Assembly: GCA_964016885.1 (NCBI GenBank)
Contig: OZ024743.1
Location: forward strand, 358,298,001 to 358,362,000
DNA length: 64,000 bases
Origin: Eledone cirrhosa
Lineage: Eukaryota
Direction: 5' to 3'
In this document: in pieces, positions 35,994 through 48,762 of the stretch
Position numbering within the stretch: position 1 is the stretch's first letter
How the letters are laid out: every line of letters begins with the position of its first letter
Notes under the pieces: model-generated
Databases searched by the model: none
What the model saw: only the letters and a program-made list of their open reading frames with translations
Told to the model about the DNA's origin: nothing
Made by a program: the position numbers and the translations under genes

Positions 35994-36600
35994 TTAATTG
36001 TAAGTTGTGATATTGCTATTCCATTCATGTTTTCTATTTAATTTTGGTTGGAGTTCATTTATGTTTATTGCCTCTGTGATTTGTCTAAACATTGCGTCTT
36101 TTCTGTGTGTAGATTTTATTTTTATTTCTATGTTCTCTAATTTGCCCTTATGTTCTATTTTAGCTTGTTGGTGGAGTACTGATGATTCTTTTCTATCTTG
36201 AAGCTCTCGCCAGTGTTCATTTAATCGTTCTTCTATACTACGAGCTGTCTCACCTATGTACACTATATTCTTATCTTTACATTGTCCTTCAGTACATCTT
36301 ATGCTATATACTATGTTTCTAGTTTTGCAGTTAATATGGGGGCTTAGTTTACAGATTATGCATTTCTTATCTATACAGGGAGGTCTTTGAAAAGGGTATG
36401 TATTACTAATAAGTGTTTTTATGGAGGTACCTGGTCTTTCTACTATCTTAATATTTAGTTTAAGTTTATCTAGGGCCTTTCTAAATTTGTAAGCTAGTTC
36501 ACCTCTAGGGGCTGTATTGATGAACATTACACTCTGGTATTTATTGCTATCATACCATGAGTTTATTCTATTAACCTTATTCCTAGTTCTTTCTATTCTC
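35994..36600 (-). mobile_element. Penelope-like GIY-YIG endonuclease fragment (177-aa open frame 35994-36527)
   Basis: C..C linker, CKTRNIVYSIRC, VYIGETARSIEERLNEH, RQITEA, PKLNRKHE. Confidence 0.88.
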
Positions 36601-36854
36601 TTCCAAAATTTGAATATATACTTTTCTCGTCTGTGTAAATGAGGTGATTAATCTCATTTGCATATGAAGCTGCATAAGTTGGCTCAACTTATAATAAAAA
36701 AGAAATAGGATTTCGCTTCAAGCATAGCTTTATATTATACAATATGTATAAATATTTCGTATCTCCAAAGAAATACGGTTTTAGGAAGCCGTAGCTATGC
36801 AAACACCGGGGGGCTAACGCACTCTGGTGATGTCCAGCAGAAGTAAGGGGGACA

Positions 36855-36898
36855 ACCGTCTATGCATTTCAGGCTTAACTGACCTTCGTCAGGACGGT
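36855..36898 (-). ncRNA. Type I hammerhead ribozyme (minimal)
   Basis: accgtc CTGACGA aggtcagttaagcct GAAA TGCA TA gacggt. Confidence 0.82.
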
Positions 36899-37126
36899 CC
36901 CTCCCACCGCTTGTGACTGCTGGAATAGAAGACAGGCGAGAATATATACTTTTCTCGTCTGTGTAAATGCTATGCTTGAAGCGAAATCCTATTTCTTTTT
37001 TATTCTAAGTTGAGCCAACTTATGCAGCTTCATATGCAAATGAGATTAATCACCTCATTTACACAGACGAGAAAAGTATATATTCTCGCCTGTCTTCTAG
37101 TCCAGCAGTCGCAAGCGGTGGGAGGG

Positions 37127-37170
37127 ACCGTCCTGAGGAAAGCCAGTTAAGCCTGAAATGCATAGACGGT
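37127..37170 (+). ncRNA. Type I hammerhead ribozyme (minimal)
   Basis: accgtc CTGAGGA aagccagttaagcct GAAA TGCA TA gacggt; helix II weakened. Confidence 0.72.
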
Positions 37171-37394
37171 TGTCCCCCTTGCTTCTGCTGGACATCACCA
37201 GAGGGCGTTAGCTCCCCGGTGTTTGCATAGCTACGGCTTCCTAAAACCGTATTTCATATATATATATGTATTGGAATTTCGTATTTCTAAAGAAATATGG
37301 TATGTTTAGAAATAGACATTTAGGAAGCCGTAGCTATGCAAAAACACAAGCGGCTATAACCACTTGGCGGTGTCCAGCAGAAGCATGAGGGACA

Positions 37395-37446
37395 ATCGTC
37401 GATGCATTTCGAACTGAACTACTGAACTGGTCCTCATCAGGACGAT
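37395..37446 (-). ncRNA. Type I hammerhead ribozyme (minimal)
   Basis: atcgtc CTGATGA gga...ttc GAAA TGCA TC gacgat; compensatory helix I change relative to 36855. Confidence 0.8.
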
Positions 37447-37863
37447 CTCTCCCGCTCTTGCAACTGCTGGACTTGAAAACAGGCGAGAATATATAGTTTT
37501 CTCGTCTGTGTAAATGAGGTGATTAATCTCATTTGCATATGAAGCTGTATAAGTTGGCTCAACTTAGAATAAAATACAATTAGTATTTAGTTTCGAGCAT
37601 AGCTGTATACAGATATGTATTGGAATTTCGTATTTCTAAAGAAATACGGTATGTTGATAAATAAACATTTAGAAAGCCGTAGCTTTGCGAAACCACCAGC
37701 GGCTATCAGTGTATATAAGCGTTAAACTAACATATTCGTTCCATATACTGTGACGTTTGCTTTCCTATTTCTATTTACCTTTTACCTTTTACCTTTTACA
37801 TGTATATATATATATATATATATACATGCTTGTATTGGCCGATAATACTTCTTGTTGTTTTAA

Positions 37864-37906
37864 TTGCCCTGATGAGTCCTTAATAGGACGAAACATTGTT
37901 GGCTAA
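37864..37906 (+). ncRNA. Type I hammerhead ribozyme (minimal)
   Basis: ttgcc CTGATGA GTCCT taat AGGAC GAAAC att GTT ggctaa, then AATAAA. Confidence 0.8.
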
Positions 37907-37957
37907 TAAAGACTTTTGATGTATTGAAGGCTTCTTTGTTTTACTTTCATAATTTTC

Positions 37958-37995
<38 letters not shown>

Positions 37996-38092
37996 CGGGG
38001 TTAAACATTTTCCTATAACCCACTCTACTAGCCTAAGTATTGAGTACTCTCGTGCGTTATGATCCATCTGGTTCCTTACCACACTTCCTTCG

Positions 38093-38188
<96 letters not shown>

Positions 38189-38247
38189 TGGTGGCTTAGT
38201 TCGGACTGTCGAAACGGTCGGTGCTCAGTCGTCGGGGTCCTGACTCT

Positions 38248-38334
<87 letters not shown>

Positions 38335-38366
38335 TAAATGGAGACTATCTTTATAAAACCATATTT

Positions 38367-38425
38367 ATTTTATTATATATATTTCAAGGGTACCAAAATT
38401 TTGGTACGCGCTCATCAGATAAAAT
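38367..38425 (-). ncRNA. Type I hammerhead ribozyme (minimal)
   Basis: attttat CTGATGA gcgcgtaccaa aatt ttggtaccctt GAAA TATATA TA ataaaat. Confidence 0.78.
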
Positions 38426-38501
38426 AGAAAAGTTGTTTTACAGATAATGACATATTCAAAACTAGTTCTAGTTTTGAATATGTCACTATCTGTATATATA
38501 T

Positions 38502-38579
<78 letters not shown>

Positions 38580-38619
38580 ATATTAAATAAATGGAAACTA
38601 TATTTATAAAACCATATTT

Positions 38620-38678
38620 ATTCTATTATATATATTTCAAGGGTACCAAAACGTTGGTACACTATCATCAGATAAAAT
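38620..38678 (-). ncRNA. Type I hammerhead ribozyme (tandem partner of 38367)
   Basis: attttat CTGATGA tagtgtaccaa cgtt ttggtaccctt GAAA TATATA TA atagaat. Confidence 0.78.
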
Positions 38679-38898
38679 ACGAAGTGTGTTTTATAAATTT
38701 TGACATAACCAAGGAAAATATACCTTAATGGTTCAAGTTTTCCTTGGATAGTCAATAGAATAAATATGGTTTTATAAATATAGTTTCCATTTATTTAATA
38801 TCATTTAATATTATACTCCAGAAAACCTGGCGAGTGCTCTGAATTAGTTATAAACATTTATAATTGTTGAATTACCAACAAATTGAATATCTCTTCTG

Positions 38899-38963
<65 letters not shown>

Positions 38964-38995
38964 AGATCAAAAGATGGTTAAAGGAGTTCCATATA

Positions 38996-39062
38996 TTTTA
39001 TTATGCGCATTTCAAAAACAAACATCATCATGCAATAATATTTGTGTTTTCATCAGATAAAA
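38996..39062 (-). ncRNA. Type I hammerhead ribozyme (minimal)
   Basis: ttttat CTGATGA aaaacacaaatatta...tgatgtttgttttt GAAA TGCGCA TA ataaaa. Confidence 0.8.
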
Positions 39063-39583
39063 CAGGAGAACATGATATGAAGGCTAAAAAACACTTGTGG
39101 ATAGTGCAGTTTTAAATCAACATATGAAAAGTGGTTTTAGATTGATGTGTGATATTGGGAAAAATATTTTATTTAGAGAGGGGGGGGGGGGGAAGGATGA
39201 AAAGGGAAGGAGATGAGAGCGAGAGATGGGTGATAGAGAGAAAGAGATAGTTTTTATAACTGAGAGGAGATATATTTTTTACATAGAGAGGTTGAAAACC
39301 GTTGGAAGATACTGTATAAATTAAAAATTTTGAAAATTAACGAAGGGAGGATATGTGCGAGGAAAAAATATTTTATTTAGGGAGGGGGGGAGGATGAAAA
39401 AAAGGGGGAGGAGATGAGAGTGAAGGTGGAGAGGGAGAGATGGGTGATAGAGAGAAAGAGATAGTTTTTATAACTGAGAAAAAGATATATTGTTTTAATA
39501 TAGAGAGGTTGGGAACCGTTGGAAGATAATGTATAAATATATCTGCATTGCTTTATTGTACTACAATAAAACTCACCTCCTAC

Positions 39584-39643
<60 letters not shown>

Positions 39644-39821
39644 ATACATTAACAGAGAAAGCTTTAAGCAATACTCCGACCAGGCTTCCGTCTCACTCAA
39701 CAAACATTAGGATATACCTTAGTATAATCCCAATTATACGTTTGGGGTGCTAACTATACGTATTTTGCGGATAGCCAGTTGTATTATTTTATATGAGACA
39801 TAATTAAAATACATCTCTCTT

Positions 39822-39943
39822 TCCAAACGATCGTTTCATTATAAGTTTTCTACAAATTGGGAAAATAATGTCCAGGTTATGTAGAAGCCTACACATAGTC
39901 TGTAGGAATATATGTAGGTGGGCACTTATAAATCATCAGTGGA
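39822..39943 (-). ncRNA. Hammerhead ribozyme with branched, extended helix II
   Basis: tcca CTGATGA tttataagt [two internal hairpins] acttataat GAAA CGATCG TT tgga. Confidence 0.62.
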
Positions 39944-40433
39944 TGCCCGACAAATATCGATATAAAAAGACCTTACCGATATTAATGTTCAGCGATGGTA
40001 CCCCTCCGTGCTAGAATGACCGCCAAATTTGAAATTCCAGCAGTCTCACAATGAGAAATCTCACACTGCCATCAAGCGGAAAGGGGAGGTCATCGCAAAA
40101 CATAAAAGAATAAAATAATATGCACGCGGGTCAATTAATTCTTTCAATAATTTTAACCATGCGTGAAGAACTCAATTGGATATAAAAAAAATAAATATAT
40201 GCATGTATTATTTATACACGCATATAGGTATTTTCTTAGGCTAAAAACAGAGATAAGATACCGGAAGAACAATCAATATTTCATACAAAGAATAAATACG
40301 GAAAGTCATACCTAAAAAGTATCTGGAAATATTCATCCCTGGCCAAATCAAGAGTATATATATATATATATAATTGATGTTGGATGCTTAAAGCGTCCGT
40401 AAGCGGAAATATTCATCCCTGGCCAAATCAAGA

Positions 40434-40496
<63 letters not shown>

Positions 40497-40734
40497 TTTA
40501 GCGAGGTTTTTTATATGAAATAGTGTGGCAACATTGAGGACCGATTAAGTTAGATCGCAGATATAAAAGACAGCGAGAAGCGAAAACCAACCAAACAGTG
40601 AGTGTGTTCTGTTATTAATTCTGGCAATATTACACAAATATGACCCTCCCCAAGTATAACAATATATATATATATATATATAATTGATGTTGGATGCTTA
40701 AAGCGTCCGTAAGCGGTAGGCCGTATGACCACTC

Positions 40735-40842
40735 GATATTAAAAATGGATTAAATTTTAAAACCATGGTTCTCTTCATTTTGAATATATATATTCAAAAT
40801 GAATAGAACCAAGGTTTTAAAATTTAATCCATTTTTAATATC
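40735..40842. repeat. 108-bp AT-rich palindrome
   Basis: gatattaaaaatggattaaattttaaaacc...ggttttaaaatttaatccatttttaatatc. Confidence 0.88.
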
Positions 40843-41037
40843 TACGATCGTTTCTATATAGGTGATAAACTTACATGCATACTGACCAGATGGGCCAGAT
40901 TGAAAGGACTGAAGACAGACACTTTTCTCTTCGGCCAATCCCTAATAAACTTCTTCAAGTTTCACCTGGAAAGGGAGGTGAGGGTGGAGAGAGAAGTGAT
41001 GCCCCCCCCCCCCCCGTACATTTTCTAAAACGTGTAT

Positions 41038-41374
41038 GAATGTGGTGAGAATGGCCGTGTGAGTGGGCCTACTCTGACCATGCGTCTATAGGCTGGCTAA
41101 TTTGAGGAGGAGAGGCGTGCTCTCCCCGGGTGCCCTAGAAGCGCAGGGTGGTTCAGGATTGGTGGGGTACCTGAATTACCCCTGGGTCGTCCACCCCCCT
41201 ATTGGGGAATTTATTTTGTTATATTTATGCATAGTTTATTTATATATTTTTTATATTTTCATTGTTAAATTAGTCTTGCCATTGTGCACTTTTATTCGAG
41301 CTTATTGTAAACCCCACTGTCCCTGTTTTTATATTGTCCCCTACATGTCGGCCCTTGTGGCCAATAAATGAAAT
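41038..41374 (+). mobile_element. Tx1 3'-end fragment (third subfamily) with (ATT)n/(GTT)n tail
   Basis: Last ORF2 codons (..GPTLTMRL*), ccccctattgggga motif, cccttgtggccaataaatgaaatc. Confidence 0.82.
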
Positions 41375-41519
41375 CATTATTATTATTATTATTGTTGTTG
41401 TTGTTGTTGTTGCTGTTGTTGCTGTTGTTGTTGGCAATAATCAGTACAGCGTCGGACAGCATACTTTGCGGCATATAGTTACAGTCCTTTACGTTCTGAA
41501 TTCAAATCCCGCTAACTAA

Positions 41520-41900
41520 AAACAAGTTTATCAAAGTACTATATCTACACATACTAATAACAAGGTATATATCAGGGCTACCTCAAATAGTTTTAAATCT
41601 AGATATATGTATCGTCACTCTTTTAGGAAGAAAAACTAAGTAGCTCAACATCATTAGCCCGTTATATATGGAATATGAAAGAGGCCAATTTAGAATACTC
41701 CATTAATTGGAAAGTTCTTAAAATTGTGAAATCATACCAGCATAGAAACTGAAGGTGTAATTTGTGCTTCAGGGAATGCCTCTCGAATTTAAAGTCTAGC
41801 TTTGAGATTCTTTCTATCTGCTCCCATAAAAATTCCCAATCGTTCTACTATAGGAAATAATAAATTTTTGTGTTGCTCACTGAATCTTAACCACATAATA
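41520..41900 (+). mobile_element. Decayed Penelope-like GIY-YIG fragment
   Basis: VYQSTI..KVYIRATSNSFKSRY...TSLARYIWNMKE...INWKVL...CNLC. Confidence 0.65.
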
Positions 41901-42916
41901 GTTTAATATATTAGTAATAAAATTTAACTAAAAGTTTATTAGTTTTAATATATAGACATTCCCACTTCTTAAACAGTTTCTAACCCTGATACTCCAATAT
42001 AATAATCATTATCATAATAAAATGACGCCATTCTTTTCCGCTGACTCTTAACTAATTTGAACAACACTTCTTAACAATGATAAATCAATAATATCTTAAT
42101 AGCTCTATTTTAAAGGCCATTTAACATTTTCACTACTCCCACCCCAACCTAGTGTATATCCTTTTCCTCCTCCGTTCTTCTTATTTAATTTAGGATTACT
42201 TATCAGCACACACACTATGTGATGTATTTACGTATATGGGTATGCACATATACGTATATATACATGTGTGTGTATGGGGGGGGTGCATATATATGTGTGT
42301 GCGTGCATATATATGTGTGTGTTTTGAATGTTTGTGTGTGTGTGTGTAAATGCATATTTTGGTTTGTCGATATGTGTAGTATATATGTGTATTGATAATT
42401 ATTTTTACTATAGACCTAATACACTAACCTTAATTGAACAGCAACTGAATTGTTTACTTTTATTAGTATCTTAAGCTTTCACGAGCTTCCTCACATTTAA
42501 TTACACTAATACTATGATACAATAACGAAATATGGCCGACTATTCTTATAATGTTACGTTTTGGGCTTTAGGCAAATTACACTGTATATCGCCAATTCAT
42601 AAGTGTAATGATTTACGTGGCCATATATGTACACATGTGAACACTATTGCTTATGTAATCCATAATAAGAATCTACTCGGTCGTAAAACACCTTCCTAAA
42701 CCAACACCACGAATGACACGGTGATCCGTAATAATTAATTCATTAGGTAACATAGTTATAAATAGTCACACTCTAATGCAGAGCGAAGATTAAATGGGCT
42801 ACTTCACAACACAAAAAAAAACACCGCTCCGTCAAATTACACCACTTTTTTTATTTAAATTTGCCGCGAGAAATCGTAACTCAGAATGCCTGATATCAAC
42901 CCATATTATGTTTTCT

Positions 42917-43233
42917 TATGATCTGAGTTCAAATCCCGCCGAGGTTAACTTTGCCTTTCATCCTTACGGGGTCGATAAAATAAAGTACCAGTAATGCACT
43001 GGGATAATTGCTGGCCTGGTGCCAAAAGTAGAAACAATTATTGGGCGGTGAATTGGCAGTATCGGTAGAGGGTCACACGCCATGCTTTGACGCATAGAGT
43101 TACGGTCCTTGCCATTCTGAGTTCAAATCCCGCCGAGGTTAACTTTGCCTTTCATTCTTACGGGGTCGATAAAATAAAGTACCAGTAATGTACTGGGTAA
43201 TTGCTGACCTTGTGCCAAAAATAGAAACAATTA
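42917..43233 (+). mobile_element. Head-to-tail dimer of the Nin/Deu-domain SINE
   Basis: Truncated unit then full unit from 43043 with A and B boxes; tail agaaacaattat. Confidence 0.88.
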
Positions 43234-43423
43234 TGTTTTCCACTTCTGATCTTCCTTTATATTGGAGCGAAGAACCTGAATAACAATAAGTATGTACTAT
43301 TACATATCTATTAATGCAATATTTAATTACTGCTGTGGCCTCTGGACTAATTTGCTTCTCTCTCTGTATGTTATGTAACTATCACCAATGAATGTTCCTC
43401 TAACGCTTACACGAAATAATAAT

Positions 43424-44145
43424 TGTTTCTACTTTTGGCACAAGGCCAACAATTATCCCAGTGCATTACTGGTACTTTATTTTATCGACCCCGAAAGGAT
43501 GAAAGGCAAAGTTAACCTCGGCAGGATTTGAACTCAGACCATAAAGAGCCGTAACTCTTTGCTGCAAAGCATAGAGTCCGACCCTCTACCGATACTGCCA
43601 ATCCACCGCCCTTGCACGAAATAATAATTGTTTCTACTATTGGTACACAAGGCCAGCAATTACCCAGTACATTACTGGTACTTTATTTTATCGACCCCGT
43701 AAGGATGAAAGGCAAAGTTAACCTCGGCGGGATTTGAGCTCAGAAAGTAAAGGGTCGCAACTCTATGCCGCGAATAATGATTTCTAGTATTGTCACAAGG
43801 TCAGTAATTTGGGGAGAGGGGAAAATCGATTAAATCGAACCCAGTGCATTACTGGTACTTTATTTTATCGACCCCGTAAGGATGAAAGGCAAAGTTAACC
43901 TCGGCGGGATTTGAACTCAGATCGTAAAGGGACGTAACTATGCTGGAAAGCATTGCATCCGACCCTCTACCAATGGTTTCTTATATAGGCACAAGGCCAG
44001 CAATTTTGGAGGAGGGGAATGTCGATTAAATTGACTCCAGTGCGTGACTGGTACTTTATTTTATCAACCCCGTAAGGATGAAAGGCAAAGCTAACTTCGG
44101 CGGGATCTGAACTCAAAAGGTAAAGGGCCGTAACTGTATGCCACG
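43424..44145 (-). mobile_element. Tandem cluster of four Nin/Deu-domain SINEs
   Basis: Repeated core; first copy (43424-43611) has a 17-bp TSD tt(a/g)cacgaaataataat. Confidence 0.88.
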
Positions 44146-44149
44146 AAAA

Positions 44150-44490
44150 TAATAGTAGTATTGGCAATCCATCGGTTACGACGATGAATATTCCTGTTAG
44201 CACGATCAACGGAATACTCTGGTCGTGAAATGAAGGTACAAGTGGCTGGGCATTCCACAAAACACGTGTATCTTTAACGTAGTTCTCAGGGTGCTTCAGC
44301 GTGACACAAAATGTGACACAAAATGCTAGCCTTTCAAATTACAGGTACAACTCATTTTTGCCAGCTGAATGGACTGGAGCAATGTGAAATAAAGTGTCTT
44401 CCTCAATGACACAACGCACCGCCGGGAATCGAACTCACAACCTTATGATCGTGAGCTGAATACCCCTAACCACAAAGCCACGCACCTTCA
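44150..44490 (-). mobile_element. Second tRNA-derived SINE family
   Basis: Reverse complement starts ggtgcgtggctttgtggttagg...gagttcgattccc (A and B boxes) then tgtgtcattgaggaagacacttta. Confidence 0.7.
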
Positions 44491-44704
44491 GTTGGAAATA
44501 ATAAGTTACTAATTATTAACACCGACCTATCTAACATATATGTTGTTTTGACAGAGATCACAGTAATTCGTACAGAGGCTGAAGATTGTGGCTGAAGATT
44601 GGCTCTTCTTTTAAATTCCCTTGATTTATTATGAGTGGGGATAATAATGGTAGTCATTATACTTTTTGCTTGGAGGAGATTGTGATGATTATATGATAGT
44701 AATG

Positions 44705-45150
44705 AGACGGTGGTGCGGACGGCGGTGGTGGAGACGGCGGTGGTGGAAACGGCGGTGGTGGTGGTAACGGCGGTGGCGGAGACGGTAGAGGGCGCCGTAG
44801 TGGGGTCGGCGGAAGTTGAGGTGGCGGTGGTGGCGGCGATGGAGGGGACGCGAGGACAGCGGTGATGGTTGGGTTTGATGACGGAGTAATTTTTACTATG
44901 TTCGTGCTGGCTGCGATGGTTGTGATGGCAATGAAGTTTGTGGGAGTGGTGGGTGGTGGTGGTGGCGTTGGTGGCATTGGTGGTGATGGTGGCTGTGGCG
45001 TTGGTGGTGGTGGTGGTGGTGGTGGTGGCATTGGTGGTGATGGTGGCTGTGGCGTTGGTGGTGGTGGTGGTGGTGGCATTGGTGGTGATGGTGGTGATGG
45101 CGTTGGTGGTGCTGGTGGTGGTGGTGGTGGTGGCAGTGGGGGGTGGTGAG
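44705..45150. repeat. (GGT/GGC)n low-complexity repeat
   Basis: Direct inspection; gives poly-Pro/Thr/Gly frames. Confidence 0.88.
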
Positions 45151-45695
45151 ATATAATTAAGGTGGTATTCTAGGCATGGAGATGGTAGTGATGGGGGTAA
45201 TGGTGTTAGCATTAGCATTGTTGATATTAGGTACACTCCAAATGTTTCCTCCACTGCCTACACCTCTACCGTAAGACGGGCGCTCACATACACTCCACCA
45301 CCACCACCCCACATACACACACCCACACACCACCACCACCCCCACACACACCACCCATACACCCCCTTCCCCACCCCTACCACACACGTCTGATGGTGAT
45401 ATCAGTCTTGTAATAAAAGTCAGCCTATTCTCTCTTTGTATGTGATGATTATGACCTTCACGTGACATTGGATCTTATCTCTGTTCTTCAGTTTTTTCCT
45501 TTCTTACTCTTTTACTATTTAGTTGGTTGTGGTGTAGAGGAAAGAGGGGAAATGGCGTGTGATTAGCGAGTCCATTTAATAAATGTTGCACAACCGGCTG
45601 TATAGTATCAAAAACTAGTTGAATAGTAAGAGAACAGCTGTATAATTTCAGAAACTGACCAGAAAGAAAAGACAGGTGACAAAGACAGAAAGAAA

Positions 45696-46062
45696 TAATT
45701 GTTTCTACTTTTGGCACAAGGCCAGCAATTATCCAGTGCATTACTGGTACTTTATTTTATCGACCCCGTAAGAATGAAAGGCAAAGTTAACCTCGGCGGG
45801 ATTTGAACTCAGAATGGCAAGGGCCGCAACTCTATGCGTCAAAGCATGGCGTGTGACCCTCTACCGATACTGCCAATTCACCGCCCAATAATTGTTTCTA
45901 CTTTTAGCACAAGGCCAGCAATTACCCAGTGTATTACTGGTACTTTATTTTATCGACCCCGTAAGGATGAAAGGCAAAGTTAACCTCGGCGGGACTTGAA
46001 CTCAGATCATAAAGGGAGGTAACTCTATGCTTCAAAGCATGGCGCCCGACTCTCTACCGATA
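45696..46062 (-). mobile_element. Head-to-tail SINE dimer, inverted relative to 42917-43233
   Basis: Same junction (aattattgggcggtgaattggc) and same diagnostic variants (gtcacacgcc, ttcattcttacgg). Confidence 0.88.
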
Positions 46063-47445
46063 AGAAATAATGAATTTCTTTCGTATGTACAAAACCCCAG
46101 TACTTTTGTTTCTATTTTTGTTGTCGTTGTTGTTGTTTTTGATAGTGGTGGTGGTGGTGATGCAGTTGCCGCTGCTGCTGTTACTGCTGCTGTTGCTGCT
46201 GGGCAACCTCACCCCTCCAGTAAAATTTGAGACGAGCCAACAGGGGAACCTCTAAAATAGAGGTTCTCAAACTTTTGGGGGCCATCACCCCCCCCCCCCC
46301 ACTCGCGGCCACGTAATACCCTCAGCACCCCAACCCTATTTCCAGAAAGACCTGCGTACACGCCAGCGGCCTCTGGACCATCTCAAGCACCACCACACGC
46401 CCCCCACCACCCCACCACCACCACCAACACCACCACCCCACCACCACACACACACAATCCTCTGAAATATATCTGTTCAAATTGATGAGGATGACAAGTC
46501 CAGATACAATAATGAAAAATTGAAACGTAAATGTCTATGCTCTAATAAACATCTCGTTCACTTCTGATCAAAACATCAACCGGAAGTATGTAAAGAAACT
46601 GTCAATGGTCTTGAAATTGTAATAAGCTGTGATCGGAACACGAAGGTGTAAACTATATCAACAATAATTAAAATATTAGGTCTGTTTTTTTTATGTAACA
46701 TATGGAGAAAAACATATAAACATACTCTGGTTCATATTACAGACAATTCAAAGGTTAGCCCTTCCTTTTATAAGTTTAAAGGTAACTGCCTATGTAAAAT
46801 ACAATATTGATAAGTTTGTATATCATATAACAAGACATTTTGGTTATCATTGGAATAGGGAATGGCATCTCAAGCATGCTGAAGAAAAACAGTATCGGGG
46901 CGGGGGAAATGCTCTGGGCCTGCCTCATCGACAGGCCCCTTCTTTGAGCAAGGCCCACACTTCAAACAGAGCTCCTGTTACCTTTTTAGAACAGAGCAAA
47001 TATGGAGCCATGATCATAAACATTAGTTTATCTTTTAGAGAGTGATTTTTAAAATGTAGTTGATGTCATTTTTCTGACAATTTATTAAAATTTCTCTACT
47101 TTAGCAACACAAGTTGGAGAAAGTAAGAACTGTTGCATATGGTGTATATTTACGCATGTGTATGAGTGTATATATATATGTCTTTATCAAATATGGTGCT
47201 TGATGTGTGAATATATTTATGAGTGTGTATATTATATGCTTGAATGTGTATGTACACAATGACCATTCCTTTGCTGCCTCAATTATTTGATCTCATGACC
47301 TGGTAGTGGATTGGTGTATATGAAGAAATTCAAATCTTTTCCTCTCTATTCAGTCTCTGCTATCTTTCTTTATTTCTCTCTCTCCATCCCTCTCTCTCTC
47401 TCTCTGTCTCTCTCATCCCGCCTATGTGTATATATGTATATTCAA

Positions 47446-47511
<66 letters not shown>

Positions 47512-47889
47512 GTTTACATATATATATCTATATATACATATATACATATACGTGTTTTGCAACGGGTCACTTTGTGGCTCAATGAAAAGTTAATAAATTA
47601 AATAATCAGAGCTATATATCATAAAACATGGCTATAGAATCACCAGATAAAATATATACCATTTCCTCTCCCAATTAGCATAATTAACCATATAAAAAAT
47701 CGAATAGACCAGGCTATAAGAATAAGGCTTCTATGAAGAAATCTCCAACAAATAACCGAAACTAACCTTTCGCGTCGGCTGCGACAGAATATTTATCGAA
47801 TATTTCGACAGCGTAATCGCCCAGATATAGTCAATTAAACAGAATTAGGTGTAAAATAAACTAGGAGAAAAGAGAATACATTTATTTAC

Positions 47890-47962
47890 CTCGACCATGG
47901 TTTCGTCCGCATTTTGAGATTTCCAATAACTTCGGAAACTCAAGCGTCGGACTCTTCAGGAG
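47890..47962 (-). ncRNA. Type I hammerhead ribozyme (minimal)
   Basis: ctc CTGAAGA gtccg...cggac GAAA CCATGG TC gag, then AATAAA. Confidence 0.78.
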
Positions 47963-48031
47963 TTTGCTCTAATCTAGACAATAAATTTTCCAAAATGATC
48001 GCGCCAAGAATACATTCAAAAATGGCTAAGA

Positions 48032-48119
<88 letters not shown>

Positions 48120-48437
48120 TATATAAGGGGCCCACCAAACCTGAACTAGCCAGCGCCCCCAATCTCTAAATCTGGTCCTGAGTATTGGTGGCGAACATCT
48201 TGGGCATTTGAAAATATCACATTGAAATAAAGATTCATGTTGCTACAGCTACGAATGGACAATATTCGTTACAATTGTAATAGAAGAGGGAACAGAAGGA
48301 AGATATGCTGCAACTAACTTTGTGAAAGAACGTCTTACCTCTTACTTTGGGAAAGATAACAAAACCTTCGAAGCAAAGAAACCTGCACGACAGCCAAAAC
48401 GAAGATGATCCATCGTTTGGATTCTATCGAATATATA

Positions 48438-48695
48438 TCTGTATACTACTAAAACTCTGTGATTATTTGCTTGCTTGCTTGTCTGTAATGTAATACAGCC
48501 AAAAGGGAGCATAATGGGAAAATACTTTGAAAGAAAGTTGCGCCTGAAATGGGAATATAAATGGAATAAAACAAGTTCGCGTAAATCGGAGCACGGGTTC
48601 CCGAGATACGGGGTTTTTCCGAAGTAGAGGAGGCAGAGAAGTAGAATGGAAGAGAGAGAGAGAGAGCAGGTGTTGTTGTGTATATGTATATGTGA

Positions 48696-48762
<67 letters not shown>

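Larger units (their letters stand above)
36612..37710. mobile_element. Retrozyme-like non-coding tandem unit (328-349 bp) in direct and inverted copies, one hammerhead per unit
   Basis: Unit restarts at 36612/36940 and 37268/37617; 36969-37256 is inverted; no ORF. Confidence 0.7.

Noticed and set aside
40843-40890. Further hammerhead (GAAACGATCGTA on minus strand); also CTGATGA at ~32793
   Set aside because: The partner half of the core is missing or degenerate.
44466-45254. Mucin-like or poly-Pro ORFs (also 6053-6501)
   Set aside because: (GGT)n low-complexity DNA open in several frames; no domain or splice support.
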